Source: Acidimicrobiia bacterium (lineage in GTDB: Bacteria > Actinomycetota > Acidimicrobiia > Spongiisociales > UBA5794). From it: DNA of 34,384 nt. Positions within the stretch are counted from its first letter, which is position 1; every line of letters starts with the position of its first letter. The position numbers and the translations under genes are program-made. The DNA lies in NCBI GenBank assembly GCA_032127155.1, contig JAQAZV010000260.1, positions 1 to 34,384 on the forward strand, read 5' to 3'. This document shows positions 12,153 through 20,441 of this stretch, piece after piece. The notes beneath the pieces are model-generated. The model saw only the letters and a list, made by a program, of their open reading frames with translations. It searched no databases and was not told the origin of the DNA.

Positions 12153-13382
12153 ATGTCGGAATTCGGCGTCCATTCTGAAGTCGGGAAGCTCCGGAAGGTC
12201 ATCGTCCATCGGCCCGGCCTCGAGATGCGACGCCTCACCCCTGCCAACAGCAGGGAGCTGCTCTTCGAAGAGGTGCCATGGGCCAAGCGCGCGCGGGAGG
12301 AACATGACGCCTTCGTGTCCCTGATGCAGGACGATCACGGTGTCGATGTCATGGAGGTCAACACGCTTCTCGAAGCGGTGGTCGACAATCCCGCCGGCAG
12401 GGCCTACCTCCTCGACCGCAGACTCGTCCCGGATGAGGTCGGTGTCCTGCCCGTCCGCGAGATGCGGTCATGGATGGACGAGCTGGACCCTGCAACCCTC
12501 GTGACGCATCTCATCGGCGGCGTCACCGTCGGTGAACTTCCCGGCGACTTCCGTGTGTGGGCTTCGAAGGCGTACGGTGAGAACGAATTCGTTCTTCCTC
12601 CACTTCCGAACCAGCTCTTCACGCGGGACTCGAGCTGCTGGATCTACGGCGGTGTGACGCTCAACCCGATGTACTTCACGGCGCGTCGCAAGGAAACGCT
12701 GAACATGGCTGCGATCTACCGTTTCCATCCGTCGTTCGCCGGTGGGGACTTCACGATCTGGTGGGGCGATCCACCAGATGTCAGCAGGGGAAGCGCCATG
12801 CTCGAGGGGGGCGACGTCATGCCGGTGGGCGACGGAATCGTGCTCGTAGGCATGGGCGAACGAACCACCTATCAGGCGGTCGGTCAACTCGCCCAATCGC
12901 TTTTCGATCACGGTGCAGCGACGCGGGTGATCGCAGCGAAGATGCCGCGGGAACGAGCCAGCATGCACCTCGACACGGTGTTCACGTTCTGTGACCGTGA
13001 TGTTGTCACCGTGTATCAACCCGCCATCGATGCGATCAGGCCGATCAGCTACTACCCGGGCGACGACGGGGTCCACATCGTGATCGAGGACGGGAGCTGG
13101 ATCGATGTCATCAGGGAAGCCCTCGATCTGCCCGATCTGCGCGTGATTTCGACCGGTGGGAATTCCTTCGAACAGGCGAGGGAGCAATGGGATGACGGAA
13201 ACAACGTTGTTGCTCTCGAACCTGGCGTGGTCGTCGCATACAACCGCAACGAATACACGAACGAGCAGCTTCGGAATGCAGGCATCACGGTGCTCGAGAT
13301 CGAGGGATCGGAGCTCGGTCGCGGCAGGGGTGGCGGACACTGCATGACATGCCCCGTGTTGCGAGACCCTCTGGATGCGTGA
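12153..13382 (+). CDS. arcA: Arginine deiminase
   Basis: VHSEVGKLRKV, PNQLFTRD, LEGGD, MHLDT, EQWDDGNN and ELGRGRGGGHCMTCP (catalytic Cys). AGGAGG RBS, with TAGACT -10 at 12108-12113. Confidence 0.97.
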   Translation: MSEFGVHSEVGKLRKVIVHRPGLEMRRLTPANSRELLFEEVPWAKRAREEHDAFVSLMQDDHGVDVMEVNTLLEAVVDNPAGRAYLLDRRLVPDEVGVLPVREMRSWMDELDPATLVTHLIGGVTVGELPGDFRVWASKAYGENEFVLPPLPNQLFTRDSSCWIYGGVTLNPMYFTARRKETLNMAAIYRFHPSFAGGDFTIWWGDPPDVSRGSAMLEGGDVMPVGDGIVLVGMGERTTYQAVGQLAQSLFDHGAATRVIAAKMPRERASMHLDTVFTFCDRDVVTVYQPAIDAIRPISYYPGDDGVHIVIEDGSWIDVIREALDLPDLRVISTGGNSFEQAREQWDDGNNVVALEPGVVVAYNRNEYTNEQLRNAGITVLEIEGSELGRGRGGGHCMTCPVLRDPLDA

Positions 13383-13423
13383 ACGGCGTTGACTGCAAGG
13401 CGCCTGGGGTTGGCGTCCTTCGA

Positions 13424-14560
13424 TCAACCCTCCATCGTGTCGACCGTCCTGGGGTCGGTGGGCGGGAGGCGGTCCCTCCCCTCCTTGACGCCAACGACCG
13501 ACGCCCCCGAGAGTGTGAGGCCGATCGCCGAGGTCCATGCAAGAGCGGTCAATGCACCTGCGTCGATGTAGAAGCCGCCGAGTGCGGGACCGCTGGCGCG
13601 TCCAAGCGCCATGAGTCCCTGACCATCTCCCGCTCGTTCGCTCGGTTCGAGCGAACGATCGGACAGCATCTGGAGCACGCCGGGGACACCCATCCAGAAG
13701 GCGAACCCCCACCAACACATCCCGAGGTAGAAGAAGGGCACCGGCGCCACGACGGTCAGCAGCGCTGCCGGACCGATCGAGGCAAGGAACCAACCGGGGT
13801 GGCGGTGGCGAGTCGAAAGCCTTGCACCGACGAGCCCACCCGCCGCGTTGAGACTGAAGGCAATCGACGACGCGAAGGCCGACAGATTGTGGACATCACG
13901 CGCCACGATCGCCTGATTGATGAACAACGCGGACCCGAAGAAGGTCATGGCAGCCAGCGAAGCGAGCAGCACGCGGTTCGACCGCGATCGGGAGATCACT
14001 CCCCTGGTCCTTCGCTTTCCTGACACCGGGGCGATCAGAAGGGTTGCCGGTATCACAGCCAATGCAAGGAAGGCATACACGGATCGATCTCCGAACGACG
14101 CGAGCACGGACAGGACGGGGGCCGCGACGAGGGCAACAACGGGACCCGTGGCGGCGATCGACGACATCGAACCTGATCGCTTCATCGCGCTTGTCCAGGC
14201 CAACCAGGCCATGGTGCCAGCCGCCGCACCTGCAACAAGGCGGAATCCCACGAGAATGCCGAAGACACTCGGGGCCATGCTGAGAAGGTTGAACACCAGC
14301 AGTACCGCGGCAGCGACCCGGAGGATCCGGCCACTTGGTCGCACGAGTCTCGGCATGACGAAGTTGGCTACGGCGAATGCGCCGACCTGGGCGATCGACA
14401 CCGCACCTGCGAGACCCTCTGATACCCCGTATCTCTCGGCGATCGGGGCGAGGAGAAACGGTGTCGCCGAGAACATGAGCGTCGTTGCTGCGGTCGCCGC
14501 CACGAGGGCGACCGGAGCGCCCGATCGCCCGCCGTAGAAGATTGTTGCTGGGACCTGCAC
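13424..14560 (-). CDS. MFS transporter
   Basis: About 12 hydrophobic segments in two halves, MFS-like GFRLVAGAAAG and GRASGPALGG. GTG 14560 lies 6 nt after GATAAT. Confidence 0.8.
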   Translation of the reverse strand: MQVPATIFYGGRSGAPVALVAATAATTLMFSATPFLLAPIAERYGVSEGLAGAVSIAQVGAFAVANFVMPRLVRPSGRILRVAAAVLLVFNLLSMAPSVFGILVGFRLVAGAAAGTMAWLAWTSAMKRSGSMSSIAATGPVVALVAAPVLSVLASFGDRSVYAFLALAVIPATLLIAPVSGKRRTRGVISRSRSNRVLLASLAAMTFFGSALFINQAIVARDVHNLSAFASSIAFSLNAAGGLVGARLSTRHRHPGWFLASIGPAALLTVVAPVPFFYLGMCWWGFAFWMGVPGVLQMLSDRSLEPSERAGDGQGLMALGRASGPALGGFYIDAGALTALAWTSAIGLTLSGASVVGVKEGRDRLPPTDPRTVDTMEG

Positions 14561-14615
14561 CAACCGATTATCGCGTCATGGCGGGAGGAGCCGCATTCAC
14601 GCCAGGGTGTCGTGG

Positions 14616-15824
14616 TCAGGGAGCGAACGCAACCCACGTGGCGTCCCCTATGACGACGGGCGCTCCGCCCGCGACTGTCTGGATGACAACCACATTCTCA
14701 CCATCAATGACTGCAGGGACGGCGAACCGAGAGCCATCACCAGACCAGAGGGACACGGCTTGCGCGTACTGGTCGAAGAATGGGGCAACCGTGCGGAACC
14801 AGTCCTCCTGGATCTCGTGGATCCCGAGATCGGCGATCGACCCGCCCTGCCAGACATGCCATCCGAAGTCGAGGGAGGATTCGTCCTCATACGTGGCGAA
14901 GAGCAGCTTCGTGCCCCCCGGATCCCATTGGAACATCGGGGTGAGTTCGCCGGTGATCGAGGTCGTGGAGCCTGATTGCAGGTCGATCACGACCAAACGG
15001 CCGGCTGGGAGCGACGGAGTCGTCTGAGTCCTGACGGCAGCCTCCACGGCACCACTCTCCGACGGCACCGATTGCAGCGCTATGAACCGATCGGAGGCGA
15101 CGAACCGAACGGGGCCATCGACCAGACCGATGTCGCGGAACTCGATTCCGTTCCAGATGGAGAGCGTTTGCCCCCCTGCGGTACTCCTCATCGTGACCAA
15201 ACCCTCATCGATCCATGACGGGGTCTGGAATATTCCCGTCGGTCGGGCGACCGTGACCGTGCCGTCGCTCGATCGAATGTCGAGGTGGTCTGCGCTTGCA
15301 TGGATTGCGAGTTGCAGCCCGTCGGGCGACCACGACGCGTAGAACGGCGATTCCTCGGACAGAAGCGTCACGTCCCCGAAGGTGTCGATCAGCTCAGCGA
15401 CGAGCCCTGTCCCAGAGCTGTTGTTGCGCAACGACGTCGTCGCGTACCTACCACCGGGTGGTGAAGGCAGCATGAAGAACGAAGGCGTGGGGAGCTCGGC
15501 CTCCCATATGGTCGAACCGGCCACGGAATCCATCGCCATCACTCGATGAGACGTACCGGCGGCTACCGATGTGACAATCGTTGCGGCGTCGAGCCACACG
15601 GGTTGGCTGAAACGATTGCCGTCAGCGGCAGATCTGCGAAGAAGCTCGATACCCGATACATCGACAATCGCGACGTCACCAGATCCTGAGGTGATGGCCA
15701 TGGTGCCAGGGGGCGGAGCCACGGTCGTCGTCGTGTCGTCGACGGTCGTCTGCGGCGCTGCGCCGTTGGTGCACGCAGTGACAACGAGAAGGAGAGGGGC
15801 GACGAGATGCAAGATTCGCTGCAC
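14616..15824 (-). CDS. Lipoprotein with TolB/PD40-like beta-propeller
   Basis: Signal peptide with lipobox VTA-C18, Thr-rich linker, repeats QPVWLD, ASWSPDG, FQWDPGG and LWSGDG. GGAG RBS. Confidence 0.78.
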   Translation of the reverse strand: MQRILHLVAPLLLVVTACTNGAAPQTTVDDTTTTVAPPPGTMAITSGSGDVAIVDVSGIELLRRSAADGNRFSQPVWLDAATIVTSVAAGTSHRVMAMDSVAGSTIWEAELPTPSFFMLPSPPGGRYATTSLRNNSSGTGLVAELIDTFGDVTLLSEESPFYASWSPDGLQLAIHASADHLDIRSSDGTVTVARPTGIFQTPSWIDEGLVTMRSTAGGQTLSIWNGIEFRDIGLVDGPVRFVASDRFIALQSVPSESGAVEAAVRTQTTPSLPAGRLVVIDLQSGSTTSITGELTPMFQWDPGGTKLLFATYEDESSLDFGWHVWQGGSIADLGIHEIQEDWFRTVAPFFDQYAQAVSLWSGDGSRFAVPAVIDGENVVVIQTVAGGAPVVIGDATWVAFAP

Positions 15825-15917
15825 CTCCGGAACGATACGGAGCCATCGAAGGCCTCGTGACGCTCCTCATCCCGGGACTGCATCCGCGCCGTATGCTCGG
15901 TGTCGAACAGGAGATCG

Positions 15918-16535
15918 ATGGAAACCCTCCCCATGTTCCCGCTCGGATTGGTCGCTTTCCCCGGTAGCGTCATCCCGCTTCGCCTGTTCGAAGAGCGATA
16001 TCTCGCCTTGCATGACTCACTGCTCGAGGGGGACGGCGAGTTCGGCATCGTGCTCATCGAGCGTGGAATTGCTGAAGCAGGGGGCGGAGAGCACTTCTCC
16101 ACGGGTTCCGTTGTGAAGTTGGTGGGGTCGACCGACCTCGAGGACGGATCGGTGATGATCGTCACCGTCGGGACCGACCGCCTCAGGGTCGATCAGTGGC
16201 TCGAAGACGACCCGTACCCGCTCGCGATCGTGGAGAGGCTCCCCATGCCAGCGGCGGGAGGATCTGCCGATTCGCTGGTGGCAGAATGCATGGGACTCCT
16301 CACGACGCTGCTCGCCCATGCATCCGAGCTCGGTTCGGATGTCGGGCTGACCCTGCCCACCGTGTCGGATGACCTTGCAGTCGCGCTCTACGAACTCGCT
16401 CACATGGTTCCGATCCAGGAGCTCGATCAGCAGCGCATCCTCGAATCGGCCGATGTGGCTTCCGGCGCGGAGATCCTCAAGGAAGCAATGGAAGGCGCAA
16501 TAGCGGTGCTCGAGATGCAGCTCGGCGAGTCCTGA
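15918..16535 (+). CDS. Stand-alone Lon protease N-terminal (substrate-binding) domain protein
   Basis: LPMFPLG.VAFPG..IPLRLFEERY, FGIVLIERG.EAGGG, W.EDDPYP and DQQRILE. No AAA+ or protease domain. AGGAG RBS before ATG 15918. Confidence 0.9.
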   Translation: METLPMFPLGLVAFPGSVIPLRLFEERYLALHDSLLEGDGEFGIVLIERGIAEAGGGEHFSTGSVVKLVGSTDLEDGSVMIVTVGTDRLRVDQWLEDDPYPLAIVERLPMPAAGGSADSLVAECMGLLTTLLAHASELGSDVGLTLPTVSDDLAVALYELAHMVPIQELDQQRILESADVASGAEILKEAMEGAIAVLEMQLGES

Positions 16536-16616
16536 CGAATCGCAACTCCCGGTCGTCTGCCGTCTGACACGCGAGCCACCGCTAGCTTGGAGTCAATCCT
16601 CCGACATGAGAGTGCC

Positions 16617-18509
16617 ATGGCGACCACACCACGACCGTTCGATGACGCCTTGATCCAGTCCGTTCGCAAGCGCCTTGCCGCGAACCATCGCGTGCGTCGG
16701 ACCCTCCCCGCAGGGGGCAGGCTGAACATCGACCGACAGCTCCCGTTTCTCGTCGTTCATCGACCCCGCCGTGGCCAAACCGTCGACCTCACACGCTTCG
16801 TGCGTGGCGAGGCGTCGTACCTCGTGGCACCGCGAGGCACGACGCACCGTGCCCAGGTGTCCAGCCTCATCTCTGGCATCGCTGAAGACATGGTTGCGGT
16901 CTTCGGTGCCTTTGGCATCATCGAGCTTTGGGCAGAAGAGGGCGATCCCGCCGAGCAGTCGGACAATGGAGTCGACCAGCCCCGCTTCTCGATCGCTGTC
17001 GCCAAAGCCGACGCGGGCGCACCGGCCGTCCGCGCGCTCGAAGCAAATCTCAGGAACATCAGCATCCTCGGGAAGAAGGCGGAGGTCACATTCGATTTCG
17101 GTCGCACCGCGCCTCCGGGTCTCCGGCGTATCAACCCGAAGGTCGGCGCCACGGACTCGCCGATCCGGTGGCTCGGCGTCGGAATGCGGCCGATCCACGA
17201 GGACAGCGAGACGGGAACGGAGTATCCGGCGGTGGCGCGCAGCCTGCATCGACAACTCTCCCGTACGATGCAACGAACCGCCTTCGAGTTTGCACGAAGG
17301 CAGACAACCCAACGGCCCCGCCACTACCAGGCACTCGGCCGTCGGGCCTTCGTGAAGGCTGCGCGTACGGCGGACCACCAATTGTCCGACATCGCATCTT
17401 CGTTCGATCTTCTGCTCCTTGTCACCCCTGTGAACACGGAACAGGAGTACCGAAGGTTCACCAAGAACAAGGGCGGGCGAGCTCCTCGCTTCGAATATCG
17501 ACCCCTCGACGTCGACGCGACCATTCTGAAGCGGAGGCTGTACGCCACACCGGTTGAACGGGTGGAGGACCCAACACTCGAATCCCTCTTCAGGGAGAAA
17601 CAGCGTGAGCTGTCCCTGAAGCTCGACCTGCTCTCCGACCGCAACACACCGCGGTTCCTCCACTCCGGTATCGCCCTGTACGGCACGGTCGACCAGTCCA
17701 CGCTTACGAGCGCCACCGACCTCCTCGCCAAGCTCGGCCATGAGCGGGACACCCGGCCGAAGAAGCCGGTGCCCGCCCAGGAGGTGGCGCGACGGGCGGA
17801 AGCGGAACTCGAGCACTACCGGGCGATGATGCCCGAAATGAAGGCCACGGTCACGGTGCGGGACGATTTGACGTCACTCATGGTGAGCGATGGCCACGTC
17901 CTCGTCGGCGCCTCGGTGCGGGTTCCGTCCGACCGCGTGAATGCCCTCATCCAACACGAGGTGGGGACGCACGTGGTGACCTTCTGGAATGGTTCGGTGC
18001 AGCCCCTTCGGCTGCTATCGACCGGCCTCGCCGGTCATGACGAGCTCCAGGAGGGATTCGCGGTGCTCGCCGAGCATCTGGTTGGTGGCCTCACGCCTGG
18101 GCGACTTCGGACCCTTGCGGGAAGGGTGATCGCCGCGGAGTCGATCATCGACGGCGCGGAGTTCATGGATACCTACCGGGTTCTCAAGGAAGACAACCAC
18201 TTCCTCCCGAGAACAGCGTTCCAGATCACAACTCGCGTCCATCGCGGTGGGGGCCTCGTCAAGGATGCGGTCTACTTGCGGGGTCTGAAGAAGGTGGTCG
18301 ACTACCTCGCAGACGGCGGTCGGCTCGACACGCTCCTCGTCGGCAAGATCTCGGTGGAACATACCGCCGTCATAGAGGAGCTCCAGCGAAGGGGCCTCCT
18401 CAAGCCGCCGCCGCTGCGCCCTGCCTATCTCGACGACCCGGACACGTTCTATCGCCTCGAGGACCTCAGGCGCTCCCCGGACCTCCTCGGCCTCGCCGAG
18501 CACGTGTGA
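16617..18509 (+). CDS. QEGLA-motif zinc metallopeptidase (DUF1704 / MATCAP-like), long form with extra N-terminal domain
   Basis: HEVGTH (HExxxH) at about 17955-17972, LQEGFA at about 18045-18062, RVHRGGG, KDAVYLRG and LLVGKI. Confidence 0.88.
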   Translation: MATTPRPFDDALIQSVRKRLAANHRVRRTLPAGGRLNIDRQLPFLVVHRPRRGQTVDLTRFVRGEASYLVAPRGTTHRAQVSSLISGIAEDMVAVFGAFGIIELWAEEGDPAEQSDNGVDQPRFSIAVAKADAGAPAVRALEANLRNISILGKKAEVTFDFGRTAPPGLRRINPKVGATDSPIRWLGVGMRPIHEDSETGTEYPAVARSLHRQLSRTMQRTAFEFARRQTTQRPRHYQALGRRAFVKAARTADHQLSDIASSFDLLLLVTPVNTEQEYRRFTKNKGGRAPRFEYRPLDVDATILKRRLYATPVERVEDPTLESLFREKQRELSLKLDLLSDRNTPRFLHSGIALYGTVDQSTLTSATDLLAKLGHERDTRPKKPVPAQEVARRAEAELEHYRAMMPEMKATVTVRDDLTSLMVSDGHVLVGASVRVPSDRVNALIQHEVGTHVVTFWNGSVQPLRLLSTGLAGHDELQEGFAVLAEHLVGGLTPGRLRTLAGRVIAAESIIDGAEFMDTYRVLKEDNHFLPRTAFQITTRVHRGGGLVKDAVYLRGLKKVVDYLADGGRLDTLLVGKISVEHTAVIEELQRRGLLKPPPLRPAYLDDPDTFYRLEDLRRSPDLLGLAEHV

Positions 18510-19289
18510 TCACTGGTCGAGTTCAGCTCGTACGGCACCGAAGGCGACATGGAGCGCATCCCCGATACCGGCGATCATCGACTCGTAGGGCTCCCCTGTC
18601 CACTCATCCATGTAGATCTTCTTCATCTCGATCGCAAGGGCGCACCCACGACCCGCATATCGCTCGTTGATCCAGCGTGACATGAACCCACCCTTGAAAC
18701 GTACGTTCTCGCGCACGTCGAGGTAACCCCCGTCGAAGGGATGCTCACGCATTCCCTCCGAGAATGCATCAACGACCGTACCCCACAGCGCTCGATCCAC
18801 CGTTCCCGTGCCAACATTGATCTCAGGATTCGCCTCGGGGTCATCGACGGGTGCGTCGGCTCCACGACGGCGGTGGTTGTAGCTATGAAGGTCGAAGACC
18901 ACGAACCGATCGTTCGCTGCGGCTGCCGCGTCACACATCACAGCGAGGTCGCGGTAGAACTCGTCGTAGACATCGAGGGATGCGGCGACCAGTTCTGCGC
19001 TCGGCGGGGACGTCCACAGGTCGAGACCCCACGCGTCGTCGGGCTTCTGATAGACGGAAATGTCCCTTGCACGGTTGAGGTCGACCTCGAACCGTGACCG
19101 ATCGACCACGATCGAAGCGTCACCGTTACCGACCCACCGGTCGGTGAACGGATCCTCTTCGCGGAGTCGCTCGTCGTCAGCGAGGGCCGTCAGCTCGGCC
19201 ACCTCGGGGCGGAGGCTGTGTCCTGCGTGGATCGCCGTTGCGATGATCGGCCCATCTCCTGTGACGATCTGCCATGCGGGTTCGGTCAT
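18510..19289 (-). CDS. N-formylglutamate amidohydrolase family protein (Zn exopeptidase fold)
   Basis: TAIHAGH, REEDPFTD, SRFEVDLNR, DLHSYN, ENVRFKGG and AIEMKK. Its start overlaps the ligase stop (ATGA). Confidence 0.9.
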   Translation of the reverse strand: MTEPAWQIVTGDGPIIATAIHAGHSLRPEVAELTALADDERLREEDPFTDRWVGNGDASIVVDRSRFEVDLNRARDISVYQKPDDAWGLDLWTSPPSAELVAASLDVYDEFYRDLAVMCDAAAAANDRFVVFDLHSYNHRRRGADAPVDDPEANPEINVGTGTVDRALWGTVVDAFSEGMREHPFDGGYLDVRENVRFKGGFMSRWINERYAGRGCALAIEMKKIYMDEWTGEPYESMIAGIGDALHVAFGAVRAELDQ

Positions 19290-20362
19290 AGGGTTGCCAT
19301 CTCCCGGTTGTCGAACTTTCGTTCGTAGTAGCCCATGTACTGCACCTTGCGCTCGAGGGAGTCCAGCACGGCCTCGTTGAAGTTCACACCCTCGAAGCGT
19401 TGGGCGGATCCGAGGCCGCCAGGGCTGAACACATTGATCTCCATCAGCTTGTTGCCGACGATGTCGAGGCCGACGAGGAACATGCCGTCCTGGACGAGCT
19501 TCGGCCGTACCATCTCGGCGAGCGCGAAGGCATCGTCGTCCAAGTCGGCCTTGGCAAGGCTCCCCCCTGCGTGGATGTTGGATCGCATGTCACCGCCACG
19601 TCGAATCCTTCGGAACGCGGCGTACCGTCCGCGATGGCGAAGAGGGAGCCCGTTCATGAGGAAGAGCCTCGTGTCGCCCTCCTCTGCCTTCTCGAGGTAC
19701 TCCTGGGCGATCACGTACCCGTCCCTCGTCACGGCATCGATGATCTGGTTGAGGTTTGCAACGTCGTCATTGCGGACCAGGAACACACCCTCGCCGCCCG
19801 ACCCCTGGAGTGGCTTGAGGACGCATTTCCCGCGATCCTTGACGAAGGACTTGATCTGGGCGCGATCCCTGGTGATGAGGGTGAGCGGGCGAACCTCCTC
19901 GGGGAAAGTCTGGAAATACATCTTGTTCTGTGCTTTGGCGAGCCCGTTCGGATCGTTCACAACGATCACGCCATTGCGCATCGCAACGCGTCCGAAGTCG
20001 ATGGCGGCCGACTTTGCCCAGTCGCGACGTCCCTTCTCCGTTGACGGGTCGTTCCTGAGCATCAGCACGTCGAGGTCATCGACCGTGATGCGTTCCGAGA
20101 TCGCCTTGGCGCCCTGGAGGTCTGCGAGGTAGGCCTTCCCCTCCTTGTACCGCGTCTTGGGAACCCGACGGGCGACGGCGCGAACACGCTCATCGGGGTC
20201 GTACTCGAGATTTCCGACGCTGATGACCCACGGTTCCCAACCGCGGTTCACCGCGGCCACGCCGAGGCGCGTGGTGGTATACCCAGCTTCCTCGGTTGAA
20301 ATGTCGTTGACGACGAAGGCAAGGCGCATCGGGTAGCGGCCCTTTCGGAGAGGGGTTTCCAC
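19286..20362 (-). CDS. Glutathione synthetase (GshB)-like ATP-grasp ligase, divergent subfamily
   Basis: LRNDP, VLKPLQGSGGEGVF, AQEYL, GDTR, RSNIHAGG and GLDIVGNKLMEINVFSP. Start is GTG 20362 (after TAGGCT) or ATG 20329. Confidence 0.88.
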   Translation of the reverse strand: METPLRKGRYPMRLAFVVNDISTEEAGYTTTRLGVAAVNRGWEPWVISVGNLEYDPDERVRAVARRVPKTRYKEGKAYLADLQGAKAISERITVDDLDVLMLRNDPSTEKGRRDWAKSAAIDFGRVAMRNGVIVVNDPNGLAKAQNKMYFQTFPEEVRPLTLITRDRAQIKSFVKDRGKCVLKPLQGSGGEGVFLVRNDDVANLNQIIDAVTRDGYVIAQEYLEKAEEGDTRLFLMNGLPLRHRGRYAAFRRIRRGGDMRSNIHAGGSLAKADLDDDAFALAEMVRPKLVQDGMFLVGLDIVGNKLMEINVFSPGGLGSAQRFEGVNFNEAVLDSLERKVQYMGYYERKFDNREMATL

Positions 20363-20441
20363 GCCATAGCCTAGGAGCGTCGCGTGGGTCCGGACCTCGG
20401 AAATCGCTGGCGTCGTGCTCGTCGATGCCCCGAGTGCTATG

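Noticed and set aside
13396-13419. Weak hairpin AAGGCGCC/GGCGTCCTT between arcA and the MFS gene
   Set aside because: Short and bulged. It is a possible terminator but cannot be distinguished from GC-rich background.
12468-13793. 441-aa minus-strand ORF
   Set aside because: Overlaps arcA antisense and the MFS gene out of frame. No motifs.
16593-17816. 407-aa minus-strand ORF
   Set aside because: Antisense shadow of the QEGLA peptidase.
18510-19289. Calling the amidohydrolase hutG (histidine utilisation)
   Set aside because: No hutU/H/I/F in the window, and it is coupled to an ATP-grasp ligase instead.
19286-20362. Assigning the symbol gshB
   Set aside because: Substrate-side motifs diverge, no gshA is visible, and the context differs.
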